Positions 1 through 10,310 of a stretch of DNA of 64,000 nucleotides are shown here, in pieces. The position numbers and the translations under genes are program-made. Below the pieces are notes generated by a model that was not told the DNA's origin, made no database searches, and saw nothing but the letters and a program-made list of their open reading frames with translations. Origin of the DNA: Candidatus Latescibacterota bacterium (GTDB taxonomy: Bacteria; Latescibacterota; UBA2968; UBA8231). Where the stretch lies: positions 2,272,001 to 2,336,000 of the forward strand of contig CBDETK010000013.1 in assembly GCA_965242865.1 (NCBI GenBank), read 5' to 3'. Within the stretch, counting starts at the first letter, position 1. The number at the start of each line of letters is the position of its first letter.

Positions 1-97
1 ACTTATAGAAGAGGGCTATAATAAACCGGCCGGAGTTATAGGTGCTCGCGGTCCTCAGCCTTGCCGCCGGGCGTACAATGCGCGAAAGAGAGGTGCT

Positions 98-1099
98 ATG
101 GTCAGCGAAGCCGCGCTCATAGACGACATGACGACCCCGACGCCCGAAGTCGTGGCGGCCGTGCGCCAGTTGGACGGGCCGATTCTACTGCTGGGGGTCA
201 GCGGCAAGATGGGACCGACCTTGGCCGAGTTGTTGGTGCGAGCCGGGGCGCGGCAGGTGGTGGGGGTGGCGCGCTTTGCGAATGCGGAAAAGCGGCACTA
301 CCTAGAGCGCGTGGGCGTGCAAACCATCGCCTGTGACTTGCTCGCCGACGCAGCCCTGAAAAAGCTGCCCGACGCGCCCAACGTCCTCTTGCTCGCCGGG
401 TTTAAGTTTGGGGCCACCGGCAATGAAGACGCGACTTGGGCGGTGAATGCCGCGTTGCCCGGCGCGGTGATGGAACGCTATGCCCAGTCGCGGATCGTCT
501 ATGTGAGCTCGGGCAATGTGTATGCCTATACCAAGGCCCCCGGGCCGGGAGCCGCCGAAGACGGGGCTTTGGACCCGGTGGGCGAGTACGCCCAATCGCG
601 CTTGGGCGGGGAGCGAATTGCCCAATACGCGTCGCGGGTGCGGGGGACGCCCTTGCTGATTGTGCGGCTGTTTTACGCGACCGAGCCGCGCTATGGCATC
701 CTCCGCGACCTCGCCGATAAGGTGTGGCAGCAAGAGCCGATTGATCTGACTATGGGCTACGTCAACCAAATTTGGCAGGGCGACGCCAACGCCTATTTGT
801 GCCGTTTCTTCCCCCTGTGCCACAGCCCAGCCGACGTCATCAACCTGACGGGGCCAGCCGCCTTATCCGTGCGCGAGCTCGCCGAACAACTAGGGAAAAT
901 CATGGGCCGGTCGCCCCGCTTTACGGGCGCGGCCGCCCCAGACGCCCTCTTGGGGGATAGTCGGCGCTTGTGCGCGGAATTTGGCCGCCCGTGCGTCGGC
1001 CCGGAGCTTATGCTACGCACGGTGGCCGAGTGGGTCATGGCCAGCGGCCCGAGCTTGGGCAAGCCGACCCGCTACGAATCCCGCAGTGGGCAGTTCTAG
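98..1099 (+). CDS. NAD-dependent epimerase/dehydratase family protein
   Basis: Rossmann GVSGKMG motif, SSGNVY, YAQSR (YxxxK-like); AGAGG RBS upstream. Confidence 0.8.
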   Translation: MVSEAALIDDMTTPTPEVVAAVRQLDGPILLLGVSGKMGPTLAELLVRAGARQVVGVARFANAEKRHYLERVGVQTIACDLLADAALKKLPDAPNVLLLAGFKFGATGNEDATWAVNAALPGAVMERYAQSRIVYVSSGNVYAYTKAPGPGAAEDGALDPVGEYAQSRLGGERIAQYASRVRGTPLLIVRLFYATEPRYGILRDLADKVWQQEPIDLTMGYVNQIWQGDANAYLCRFFPLCHSPADVINLTGPAALSVRELAEQLGKIMGRSPRFTGAAAPDALLGDSRRLCAEFGRPCVGPELMLRTVAEWVMASGPSLGKPTRYESRSGQF

Positions 1100-1101
1100 C
1101 C

Positions 1102-1995
1102 GTGACCGAGCAAATTGCCGCGGCGGCCGCCCAGTCCGTCAAAGCGTTGTTGGCGAGCAGCGCGGGCGCGAGTGTGCGGCGGGACGGTCAGTTGTTGTGG
1201 TCCTTGGCCCATTTGTGGGATCAGCCGCGCTACCGGACGCTGGCCGAACAGGTGGCCGAGGGCCGTGAACGCAGGGTGGCCGACTCGGCCGCGGTCTGCG
1301 ATGTCCTCTCATTGGCCGAAGGGCTAGCGGCCTGTGGATATTGGGAACGGGCGCGGTCGCTCGTGCTGCACAGCTTGGCGCGTTGCGACGCGGCCGAGTA
1401 CAGCGGCGAGTCGCCACGGGGACAGCCCATGCCCCAAGGGGCGCACGGCCTCGGCGAATGGGCGCAAGTGCTCAGTGCGTGTACGCGCCTTTTGCACGCC
1501 CGCGCTGACCGCGCATTGCAAATAGCGGCCGCTCGCGCCGTAGCCGCCATCTTGAACTACCACTACCACCCGGACTTGGGGCTGTTGCTCTTTGCCGTCC
1601 GCCGCGACTTCTTCCGCTTTGACGATGGCTGGGGAACCTGCGTGTATAGCGAAGCGGCCCTCGCCGCGCTGACCGCGCTGTTGGACGAGGCCGGCCGCCG
1701 CGGCGAGCCCCTCCTCTGTGCTGTGGCGGGCCGCTACCTGCGCCAACACGTAGAGGCGGCTTGGGACCCGGTCGCCGGCGGCATCCGCAGCGCGTACCAC
1801 GCCGGCGTCTGGAGCGCGGAAAAGCCCGGGGCGGTCCAAGCCGCCGCCGTAGGAGCCTTGGCGACGTTGTGCCGCTATCAGGAGGGGGCTTGGGAGGCCG
1901 AATGGCTGGAGCGGGTGGGCGCGTACCAAAGGACCTGTCCGAGCGATGCGTTCGCAAAGCTGCGCTGCTTAGTTCGCTGGACGCGAGAAACTTGA
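1102..1995 (+). CDS. Hypothetical protein, possibly degenerate (alpha/alpha)6-barrel of AGE/N-acylglucosamine 2-epimerase type
   Basis: GTG at 1102 directly after upstream stop, in frame with ORF 970..1995; AWDPVAGGI and WLERV segments resemble AGE family. Confidence 0.5.
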   Translation: MTEQIAAAAAQSVKALLASSAGASVRRDGQLLWSLAHLWDQPRYRTLAEQVAEGRERRVADSAAVCDVLSLAEGLAACGYWERARSLVLHSLARCDAAEYSGESPRGQPMPQGAHGLGEWAQVLSACTRLLHARADRALQIAAARAVAAILNYHYHPDLGLLLFAVRRDFFRFDDGWGTCVYSEAALAALTALLDEAGRRGEPLLCAVAGRYLRQHVEAAWDPVAGGIRSAYHAGVWSAEKPGAVQAAAVGALATLCRYQEGAWEAEWLERVGAYQRTCPSDAFAKLRCLVRWTRET

Positions 1996-2040
1996 CATTG
2001 TGCAGTACGCCGCTATTGCTTGAAAGCGACTCAAAGGAGG
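1992..2040 (+). promoter_or_regulatory. Possible sigma70 promoter plus strong RBS
   Basis: TTGACA 1992-1997, weak -10 TATTGC 2014-2019, AAGGAGG 2034-2040. Confidence 0.35.
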
Positions 2041-2045
2041 TTTCT

Positions 2046-3119
2046 ATGATCGTCTATCACGGCACGACGCGCCGCGCTGCCCGCCAGATTGCCCGCGATG
2101 GCTTTCAGCCGCGGTCGCCCTCGCGGCGGGTGTGGCTTTCGCGGAGCAAGAGTTACGCCAAGCAGCGGGCCCACGCCAAATCGCGGCACACGCGCGATCG
2201 CCTCATTGTGCTGGCCGTAGATATTGATTTGAAAACGCTGCGGCAGCGCTACGGCAGTCGGCAGGTGCGCGAAAGCGGCGGGGTCATCTCGATCAACGGG
2301 GCCATCCCCGCGTCCGCATTGCGCAGCCACTACGGGTTGGGCATCCCGGAAAGCGCCGAAGAGATCGCTCGCTGGCTCAACGCCGTCTTGGGCGTCAAGG
2401 CGCACAAAGGCGTCAGCCCGCGCCACGAGGGCGTCTTGCGCTTGGCCTGCTGGATCGACAACCGACTGGCGACCCAGCCCCAAGCGCGCATCGGCGAGAA
2501 GGAGCTGCTCGCACGCGCCGCGCAGTGGATTCCCGACCGCTTTGCCGGCGTGGCGATCGACTTCGAGCACCTGCGGGTCTGGCCCAAGGTCGCACGGGAA
2601 GCGGCGCAACAGGCCGCGCCCGAACAGGTTGCCCCGGTTGACCGCCGCGAGGAAGAGGCCATCGCTTGCTTAGAATCGGACAAGCCGCAGCGGCAGGTGC
2701 GCGGCTTACAGCTCTTGGCCGACCTCGCCGACCCGGACCTGTTCGAGTGGTGCCTATTGCTGCTCGGCGAGGATCAGCAACAAAACGCGGTCGGCATCCT
2801 CAAGGTGATGCGGCGGTGCGAAGACGTTCAGCCGGAGATGCTGACGCCGTATGCGGAGAGCGAGCACAAGGCGGTGCGCGGCGCGGCCATTGAAGTGCTC
2901 GTCCTACGCAGTGGGCAAGAAGCACCGAAGTGGTTTTGGCGCGGCCTGACCGACCCGGTGCCGCACGTGCGGCTGAGCGCGGCCAAATTCCTTGACCGCC
3001 TCGACCCGCGCGCGCATCGCGACAGTTTTGAAGCCGCGCTCTACGACCCCCACCCGCAGGTGGCGCAAGCGGCGCGCAAGCGGACCAAGCGCATGGGGTT
3101 CGAGCCGTTGGCTTGGTAG
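2046..3119 (+). CDS. N-terminal ADP-ribosyltransferase-fold-like (YHGT) domain fused to C-terminal HEAT repeats
   Basis: ATG 2046 after AAGGAGG; VYHGT...I..DGF...VWLS...YA; HEAT-like units DPVPHVRLSAA, DPHPQVAQAA, SEHKAVRGAA. Confidence 0.65.
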   Translation: MIVYHGTTRRAARQIARDGFQPRSPSRRVWLSRSKSYAKQRAHAKSRHTRDRLIVLAVDIDLKTLRQRYGSRQVRESGGVISINGAIPASALRSHYGLGIPESAEEIARWLNAVLGVKAHKGVSPRHEGVLRLACWIDNRLATQPQARIGEKELLARAAQWIPDRFAGVAIDFEHLRVWPKVAREAAQQAAPEQVAPVDRREEEAIACLESDKPQRQVRGLQLLADLADPDLFEWCLLLLGEDQQQNAVGILKVMRRCEDVQPEMLTPYAESEHKAVRGAAIEVLVLRSGQEAPKWFWRGLTDPVPHVRLSAAKFLDRLDPRAHRDSFEAALYDPHPQVAQAARKRTKRMGFEPLAW

Positions 3120-3133
3120 GGGCGCGATTTTTT

Positions 3134-4645
3134 ATGGCTGCTAAACGGCGCGTGGCCTTGGGCGCGATTTTTACCGAGTGCAATCAATTCGGCGGTGAGC
3201 CGATTGATCGGTCGTGGTTTGAGCGCTATGAGTTGCGGCGCGGGCGCGAGGTGCTCGCAGCCGAAGACGGGGTGGTCGGCGGCATGCTCGGCGTACTGGC
3301 AGCGCGCGGCGCAGAGGTCGCGCCCCTGTTGTTTGCCAGCACTTGTCCCGGCGGGCCGCTGACGCGGGCTTGTTACGCCCAGCTCAAGGAAGAGCTTTTG
3401 GCGCGGCTCCACGCGGCCCTCCCGGTCAAGGGCGTCCTCATGCCGCTGCACGGGGCGGCCGCGGTCGAAGGCGGCGTCGATTTAGAAGGGGATTTGCTCG
3501 CGGCCGTGCGGGCGGTCGTCGGCGCCGGCGTGCCCATCGTCGCCACGCTCGATTTACACGCCCATATTTCCGCGCAAATGATGGGCGCGGCCGATGGTTT
3601 GGTGGCTTGGGAAACCTATCCGCACCGCGATGCCTTTTCCACGGGCGAGCGCGGGGCGCGCCTGCTGTGCGATGTGCTCGCCGGCGCGTGCAAACCCGCG
3701 ATGGCCATGGCCAAGGTGCCGGTGCTGACCGGGGCCATTCACGGCTCGACCGAGGGCGACGACCCCTTCGCGCAAGTGATGGCCATGGCCAAGTCCGGCG
3801 AGCAACGCGACGACATCCTCTCGACGAGTGCGATCTTGGTGCATCCCTATCTCGATTTTGCTGGCATGGGCAGCGGCGGGTTGGTGATTGCCGACGGCGA
3901 CTTTGCCGCAGCCGAAGCACTCGCCCGCGCGCTCGCCACCGCGTATTGGGAGCGGCGCTTTGCCTTAGAGCCCGCGTTGTACTCGCCGGCGGATGCCGTG
4001 GGTGCTGGCTTAGCTGTCGAGGGCGGTCCGGTGGTGCTGGTGGAGGCCGCAGACTGCTGTGGCGGCGGGGCAGCGGGCGATAGCGTGGCCGCGCTGGCGG
4101 CACTGGTGCAGGCCGAGGTGGACGGACCGGTGCTGGTGCCCTTGGTCGATGCCCGTGCGGCCGCGGCCTGCCATCAAGCGGGCGTTGGGGCCGAGGTGGA
4201 GCTGGCCTTGGGGCATGGACACGACCCCCGTTGGGGGCCGCCGCTCGCCGTGCGCGGCCGGGTACTGCGGTTGAGCGATGGTCGCTTCCGCTATCGGGGG
4301 GGGATTTGGGAGGGCGTCGAAGGGCAGATGGGACCGGCGGCCGTGCTGGCGTTGGGGCCGATACAGGTCCTGTTGGCGTCGCATCCTACGTACGAGTGGG
4401 AAGGCGAGCAGTTTGCGGCCTTGGAGATGGACGCGGCGCAGGCCCGCTTTATCGTGGCCAAAAACCCCATGAACTACCGCCTCGCCTACGGTGCCATGGC
4501 CCAAGCCATCTTTGTGCTCGACACCCCGGGGCCGACGCCAGCCACAGTGCGGCACCTGCCCTTTGTCCGGCGGGCGCGGCCCTTTTTTCCGCTGGATTCG
4601 GAGATGGAGTTGGAGATGGAGGTTTTGCGCTCGGAGACGCGGTGA
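3134..4645 (+). CDS. M81 family metallopeptidase (MlrC-like)
   Basis: ECNQF, LHGA, DLEGDLL, TLDLHAH, YPHRD motifs. Confidence 0.85.
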   Translation: MAAKRRVALGAIFTECNQFGGEPIDRSWFERYELRRGREVLAAEDGVVGGMLGVLAARGAEVAPLLFASTCPGGPLTRACYAQLKEELLARLHAALPVKGVLMPLHGAAAVEGGVDLEGDLLAAVRAVVGAGVPIVATLDLHAHISAQMMGAADGLVAWETYPHRDAFSTGERGARLLCDVLAGACKPAMAMAKVPVLTGAIHGSTEGDDPFAQVMAMAKSGEQRDDILSTSAILVHPYLDFAGMGSGGLVIADGDFAAAEALARALATAYWERRFALEPALYSPADAVGAGLAVEGGPVVLVEAADCCGGGAAGDSVAALAALVQAEVDGPVLVPLVDARAAAACHQAGVGAEVELALGHGHDPRWGPPLAVRGRVLRLSDGRFRYRGGIWEGVEGQMGPAAVLALGPIQVLLASHPTYEWEGEQFAALEMDAAQARFIVAKNPMNYRLAYGAMAQAIFVLDTPGPTPATVRHLPFVRRARPFFPLDSEMELEMEVLRSETR

Positions 4646-4669
4646 GAGGGTACTCGGGCCGCCAGTAGC

Positions 4670-4790
4670 CCATGACTTCCAGTAAGGCCGTGCTTTAAGA
4701 AGATTCTCGCGGCTATTGAGGACTCCCAGCTAGAGGGTAGATTACTAACCGCGAAGAGACACTGGATTTCGTGCAGCCGCACTTGACAGG
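4670..4790 (+). pseudogene. Possible degenerate 3' remnant of a CCA tRNA nucleotidyltransferase-like gene
   Basis: Reads PCFKKILAAIEDSQLEGRLLT then, after a frameshift, REETLDFV; resembles the C-terminus of CCA-adding enzymes (GPxFKxILxAxEDAQLEGxIxTREEAL). Confidence 0.4.
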
Positions 4791-4955
4791 GTTCAAATGA
4801 TGTATGATGTAATAAACCGGAAGGTTCTGAGATGAGCCTTTTTTCGAGGGCGAGCAGCCCTTATTCGTAGGTTCTTCTTGGTGCGTTAATGGACAGCACG
4901 AAGAATTTAAAACAGTCTCTAAGTGAGCAGCAGAGCACACCGTAAGGATATTTAC

Positions 4956-5711
4956 ATGAGTGATAACTCCTCAATTGAGTGGACCGACGCCACTTGGAAT
5001 CCAGTTACGGGTTGTACGAAGATCAGTACAGGTTGCAAACATTGCTATGCTGAGAGGCTAGCTAAGAGGCTGCAAGCAATAGGTCAAACTAACTATGCCA
5101 ACGGTTTCAACTTAACAATTCAGGATCACATGCTGGAAGTTCCTTTGCGATGGAAGAAGCCACGAAACATCTTTGTCAATTCCATGAGCGACCTCTTTCA
5201 CGACCAAGTGCCACTGGATTACATCCACCAAGTTTTCGACGTGATGACTCGGGCGCGTTGGCATCGGTTTCAGGTGCTGACGAAACGATCTGAGCGCCTT
5301 GCCATGCTGAGTCAAAATCTCAATTGGGCACCGAATGTCTGGATGGGAGTCAGCGTTGAAAACGACGAATATGAGGGTCGGATAGATGATCTTCGGCGAA
5401 CGGGTGCAGGTATAAAATTCCTTTCACTTGAGCCTTTACTAGGGCCGCTATATGGTCTTGATCTAAGGGGGATCGACTGGGTTATCGTAGGAGGGGAATC
5501 AGGACCAAGGAGCCGACCGATGAAAGAGAGTTGGGTACTCAACATCCGCGACCAGTGTCAGAGCGAAAATATTCCCTTCTTCTTCAAGCAATGGGGCGGC
5601 CCGAAGCCGAAATCGGGCGGCCGTCGGCTCGAAGGGATCGAGCACAACGCTATGCCCATTTACCCGATGGCGATGGAGGGAAGAGACTGTGAATTTCAGT
5701 TGGCATCCTAA
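4956..5711 (+). CDS. Phage Gp37/Gp68 family (DUF5131) three-Cys-motif radical-SAM-like protein
   Basis: [55 protein letters not shown]. Confidence 0.9.
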   Translation: MSDNSSIEWTDATWNPVTGCTKISTGCKHCYAERLAKRLQAIGQTNYANGFNLTIQDHMLEVPLRWKKPRNIFVNSMSDLFHDQVPLDYIHQVFDVMTRARWHRFQVLTKRSERLAMLSQNLNWAPNVWMGVSVENDEYEGRIDDLRRTGAGIKFLSLEPLLGPLYGLDLRGIDWVIVGGESGPRSRPMKESWVLNIRDQCQSENIPFFFKQWGGPKPKSGGRRLEGIEHNAMPIYPMAMEGRDCEFQLAS

Positions 5712-6939
5712 CGAACATCCGCCTTTGATCGAGCCACACAGTAAGGCAAAGCTAGATGTTTTGCGTAGCTACCTTCGCGCCTATTTTGACAGGCTGAACG
5801 TCAATCCTAATCGCGAAAAATTTAAACTTGATCTCGTCGATGGGTTTGCTGGGGGTGGCACGTTTTGGGACGACGGAGACATCGTGCTTGGTACGCCTTT
5901 GATCATGCTGGAAGAATTCCAAGAGGCAGTAAAAAGACTAAACCGAAATCGCACCAAGTCCCTGAATTTCGATTGCAAATTCTATTTCGTCGATAAGGAA
6001 GCGGCGCATACGGATCATCTTCGAAAGGTCCTGAAGGAGCGCGAATATGTCGTCGATGATGACAAGATCGTTGTCCGTAACAGCCGATTTGAAGAAGAAG
6101 TGGAAAACATTCTGACGGAAATTAGTCACCGGCAGCCTCGCGCTGGTCGCGCAATTTTTCTTCTCGATCAAACTGGATTTTCGCAAGTGAAACTGGAGCT
6201 TGTCGCTCAGATTTTTCGCAAATTGCCAGCGGTGGAGGTCATATTGACGTTCGCTGCCGATGCGCTCATTAACCATCTCGCAGAAACAACATCGCTAATC
6301 AAGGCAGTTGCTCCGCTCGAGCTAACCGAATCACAGATACATGATCTGATTCAGCATAATGATCGCGATGGTGGAAAAGCACTCGTTCAGAGGACATTGC
6401 GTGATCACATTCGCACCATAACAGATGTGCCTTACGATACGCCTTTTTTTATTCGACCCCATCAGTCGCGCCGCGCTTTGTGGTTCCTGCACCTGTCAAG
6501 GCATCCTACAGCGCGTGACGTAATGATCCAGCGTCATTGGGCTATCCAGAACACTTTTGAACACTACGGCCCCGGAGATTTCAATATGCTGGGATGGGAT
6601 GCCTTAAATTCCGAAACTTTGCCGCTGTTCAATTTTAAGAAATTCGATGCTGAGCAGATGCGTAATCAACTGCTGAACTCAGTGCCGAATGAGCTACTCG
6701 CTTTGGCGTCTGAAAATCCGATTACAGTGGACGTGATGCACCATATGTTTGCAAATAAAACGGCTGCTCGATTTTCTGATCTCGATGAAATCATCCTAAG
6801 ACTCTTTAAGGAAAAGGAATTTGATATTTTAGATCCCGCTGGTAAAAGACGCTCGCGTAACCTGAAACGACTTAGACCTACAGATCAGATTGTGCCTTCT
6901 GCGAAGCTACTATTTCCCGGCTTATCGCGCCTGCACTAA
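5689..6939 (+). CDS. tcmP: Three-Cys-motif partner protein (TcmP-like; methyltransferase-like fold with C-terminal wHTH)
   Basis: [33 protein letters not shown]; overlaps the DUF5131 gene, the known pairing. Confidence 0.75.
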   Translation: MNFSWHPNEHPPLIEPHSKAKLDVLRSYLRAYFDRLNVNPNREKFKLDLVDGFAGGGTFWDDGDIVLGTPLIMLEEFQEAVKRLNRNRTKSLNFDCKFYFVDKEAAHTDHLRKVLKEREYVVDDDKIVVRNSRFEEEVENILTEISHRQPRAGRAIFLLDQTGFSQVKLELVAQIFRKLPAVEVILTFAADALINHLAETTSLIKAVAPLELTESQIHDLIQHNDRDGGKALVQRTLRDHIRTITDVPYDTPFFIRPHQSRRALWFLHLSRHPTARDVMIQRHWAIQNTFEHYGPGDFNMLGWDALNSETLPLFNFKKFDAEQMRNQLLNSVPNELLALASENPITVDVMHHMFANKTAARFSDLDEIILRLFKEKEFDILDPAGKRRSRNLKRLRPTDQIVPSAKLLFPGLSRLH

Positions 6940-6941
6940 CT

Positions 6942-9900
6942 TTAGACAACAATTGTTCGGCCCGTCGTCAGCAACATCGCCCCAACCCTCCTCGTCGTCT
7001 CCGCAAAGTACCGCACTTCCTCCGGCGTCAGCACCCGTCCCAACACAGCGTGCTCGCGGTAGGAGAGCCATTTCTTGAGGACTTGGTAGCCGCCGAGTTT
7101 GTACTGCCAAATTGCGGCGGGCACGTTGCGCCAAAAGGCGCGGTCGTTCAGATACACGTCCAGCGTCTTTTCACCGAATACGGGGATGGAATCTCCCAGC
7201 ACGGCGCGTTCGGCTGGGGTGTAGTCGCGCTCGACGAGGCGGCCTTGACCCGGCATTACGGCGTCGCCCGTTGCGAAATGGCCCCATCCGGCAGTGAGCG
7301 CGAAATCGGCACCGGTCATGTTGCGGCCGTCGGTGGTGGCGGGCACGGCGAGGGCGGCGATCTCGGGGCGCAACGCGCCTTGAGTAACGCCCGGCACGGG
7401 GGCGTCGGGATCGAGCAGGTCGGCCAGTTCGCGGCCTCGCGTCGCTGATGCAGCGAGCGTCTCGGTGGCACTGTCCGCTTGGCCATCGGGCCAGCCCGGC
7501 AGGGGGATGCGCGGCCACTCCATCTTGAGCGCCCCGGCATTGGCCGTGCGGTAAGCAGGATCGTGGAGGACGGCGAGGGTGTGGTAGAAGAGGTCTTCGA
7601 CGGTCGCGCCGAGACGTTGAAGATAGCGTTGAGCGGCGGGCGATAGGTTGGGGCGGGTGCTGGCTTGACCGCCGTTGCCGAGGTCGCCCTCCTCGCGCAG
7701 ATAGGCCGGGAACATGCTCGCGCCGCGTTCAATCAGATGCCCCGAGCCCATAATTTTGGTGAAACAGGCTTGCGGCTCGTGGGCGTCTCGGCGCAGGTGC
7801 TGCGCGGCAGACAGCCACAGATTTTCTTCGAATACATGCGGCTTGTACTGGGGGCGCGGTCGGTCAAGCAGCTTTGAATCGCCTTCCCAATACAGCCAGC
7901 GATTGTCAAAGGGGCGGTAGGTGTGGCGGATGAATCCGGCTGGGTTGGGTCCGCCGCGTGCCAGCAGTTCAGTGCGCACGGCGTCGGCGTCGAACTGCGC
8001 GGAGTTTTTCATAATGGCCGGATGGCGGCGGGCGATGGCGTCGTGGCGCAACTCTGCGTTGAAGTACTCGTCGATCCGCGCCTTGAGGGGGTCGAGGTCA
8101 ATGTCGATGAGGAACCCGTTGCGGCTGGTCTTGACGCCGGGGAACGATACTGGAAACAGGTCGAGCAGGGCCGGCCAGTCGAACCAATCCTTGCTGACGG
8201 CCGTTGGCTTGAATGGCAGGCCGAGGCGAAAATTGGGTTTCAGTGCGGTATAGCCTGCATCAATTTCGCCATCAAGGCTGTCCAACAGGGCTTGTCGTCT
8301 TTCATCCGCTCTGGCCTGATGGAAATCGCGATACAGAATGCGTCTGCGCGTCGATAGATCGGCGGTTCCCGACTTGGAGAGCATGGCGATGCTGGTGCCA
8401 ACCCGGATGCCCGGCGATTGTCCCTGAAGCGCAAACACTGTTTCGCTGGTCCGCCCATCGGGTGCGTATTCCGAGATGATGCGGTCGCCGTGCAGATTGT
8501 CAATCCGAACCGCGTCAAATGTCTCCAGATAGCGTTCCCGCATCCCGGTATGCGACAGCCCATCGAGCCACGAGTAATTGGAAATGAAGCACACCACGCC
8601 TTGGCCGGTCTGAGCAATCCGCCGCTCGGCCATGCGGAAAAAGCGGACGTAAAGATCGTTCAGCCCTTGACCTTCGGGACGACGCACCCGCTTAGTCGTG
8701 CGGTAGGCTTCCGACAGTTCCCGCTCTTCGTCCATCGCCATCCCCGCAAAGCCGTTGTAGGGCGGATTGCCGAGAATTACGAGAATCGGCGTGTCCTGTT
8801 TCACCCGCTCGGCGCGGTCGCGTTCCTCCTCCAGTTCGAGAAACGGCAGCGGCTTGGTCGGACGCGGCTCCCAGCCAGTCAGCGCATTGGTCAGAAACAC
8901 TTGGGCGCGTTCCTTCCCGTCATCGGCCAAGGCCGCGTCGAGTGCTTGCATGGTCAGCCCAACTTGCAGATGGGCGACGACAAACGGCGCCGGCATGATC
9001 TCAAAGCCGAACACGCGCTCGGTCGCCGCTTGTTTGACCCGGGCACCCGTCAGCGCACCCAAGCCTTGATTGTCCAAATTGGCGGCGATGCGGCGCAGCA
9101 CCTCGGCCAGGTACGCCCCGGTGCCGCAGCACGGATCGAGCACATAGACGTTTTCCGCGGCCAGCCCGTCGGCCAAGCCGAGATCGTCCCGCAAAGCCTT
9201 GTCCACGCGAGCGACCATGTAGCGCACCACTTCGGATGGCGTGTACCAGACGCCCAACTGCTTACGTAGTTCGGGATCAAAGGCTTGGAGGAACGGCTCG
9301 TAGAAATACGTGACGGCCTCGCCCTCATTGAAGCGAGCAAAGAAGGCGTCGCTATCCACCCGGTCGAGGGCCACCGATGTCCAGTCCAGCACTTCGACGA
9401 GGCCGAGCGGGTACAGCCGACCGGGCTGCGATAGCTGTTGGAACAGGGCCTGCATGACGGGTGCTCGCAAATGCCAAACTGCCGTGCGCCAGTCAAACCG
9501 AGCGGCCTGTGTCGTGTGCCGCGCCCACAGCACCCAAGCGGAGAACACGCCGTAGAACAGCGTCTGCACCAGCGTTGAACGGAAAAACCGCGCCCCCCGC
9601 TCGCCCTCAAAGCGGACGCCAAGGGCCTCTTCCAACGCCGCCCGCACCGCCGCCAACGCCGGCGCATCGCCCGCCGCTTCGACCCGTGCCAGCGCATCGC
9701 GCGCATGAGACGCCAGCAGCCACGCCAAGTCCTTCGGCTCGGCCAGTCGCGCCCGATGCGACAACACCCGACACAGGTATTCCCCGAACCCCGCGCCCAC
9801 CGCGCGAGCAAAAGTACGCGGACTCTCTAAGCGTTGTGCGAATTCCTCGGCACTTTCGGCCAGCCGGAACGTTTCGAGCGTGGCCGGTCGCCCGGCTGCG

Positions 9901-10307
9901 TCCTCGCCGACCAGCACGAAGTCGCGCGTATTGGTCGCCAGCACCCGCCGATAGCGGCCCCAATAGCGGCTGACCTGATCGCCCGCCGCCGTCAACCAAG
10001 CGTCATCATCAGCCGCTTTCACTTCCACTACACCCCCTTCGGGCACTTGTCCCTGTTTGGGTTGCCCTTTCTGTACCTGATTCGCCGCATACAGCCCAAA
10101 GTCGGGATGCCCCGCGCCCTGATCGGCCAACTCGCCAACGCAAAACACCTTGGGCTTGAGCGTCGCGCCGATGGCATTCAGCAGACCCGCCAGCGGCCCA
10201 TAGCTCGACCGCTCGCCAGTCGCGCCGCCCGATGAACGAATCCGTTGCAGATCGGCGAGATAGGTTTCTACCGCGGCCGTTAGCCGCGCTGTCGTTTTCG
10301 TCGCCAC
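6942..10307 (-). CDS. Single-chain restriction-modification enzyme: PD-(D/E)XK nuclease + N6 adenine MTase + type ISP (LlaBIII-like) C-terminal specificity domain, no helicase
   Basis: HPDF...VEVK, GVWYTP, LDPCCGTG, GNPPY, YRPFDNRWLY, GGYQVLKKWLSYR. Confidence 0.85.
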   Translation of the reverse strand: MATKTTARLTAAVETYLADLQRIRSSGGATGERSSYGPLAGLLNAIGATLKPKVFCVGELADQGAGHPDFGLYAANQVQKGQPKQGQVPEGGVVEVKAADDDAWLTAAGDQVSRYWGRYRRVLATNTRDFVLVGEDAAGRPATLETFRLAESAEEFAQRLESPRTFARAVGAGFGEYLCRVLSHRARLAEPKDLAWLLASHARDALARVEAAGDAPALAAVRAALEEALGVRFEGERGARFFRSTLVQTLFYGVFSAWVLWARHTTQAARFDWRTAVWHLRAPVMQALFQQLSQPGRLYPLGLVEVLDWTSVALDRVDSDAFFARFNEGEAVTYFYEPFLQAFDPELRKQLGVWYTPSEVVRYMVARVDKALRDDLGLADGLAAENVYVLDPCCGTGAYLAEVLRRIAANLDNQGLGALTGARVKQAATERVFGFEIMPAPFVVAHLQVGLTMQALDAALADDGKERAQVFLTNALTGWEPRPTKPLPFLELEEERDRAERVKQDTPILVILGNPPYNGFAGMAMDEERELSEAYRTTKRVRRPEGQGLNDLYVRFFRMAERRIAQTGQGVVCFISNYSWLDGLSHTGMRERYLETFDAVRIDNLHGDRIISEYAPDGRTSETVFALQGQSPGIRVGTSIAMLSKSGTADLSTRRRILYRDFHQARADERRQALLDSLDGEIDAGYTALKPNFRLGLPFKPTAVSKDWFDWPALLDLFPVSFPGVKTSRNGFLIDIDLDPLKARIDEYFNAELRHDAIARRHPAIMKNSAQFDADAVRTELLARGGPNPAGFIRHTYRPFDNRWLYWEGDSKLLDRPRPQYKPHVFEENLWLSAAQHLRRDAHEPQACFTKIMGSGHLIERGASMFPAYLREEGDLGNGGQASTRPNLSPAAQRYLQRLGATVEDLFYHTLAVLHDPAYRTANAGALKMEWPRIPLPGWPDGQADSATETLAASATRGRELADLLDPDAPVPGVTQGALRPEIAALAVPATTDGRNMTGADFALTAGWGHFATGDAVMPGQGRLVERDYTPAERAVLGDSIPVFGEKTLDVYLNDRAFWRNVPAAIWQYKLGGYQVLKKWLSYREHAVLGRVLTPEEVRYFAETTRRVGAMLLTTGRTIVV

Positions 10308-10310
10308 CTG

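Noticed and set aside
4956-5711. Prophage, from the 'phage Gp37/Gp68' label
   Set aside because: No structural, terminase or integrase genes; the family is common in bacterial islands.
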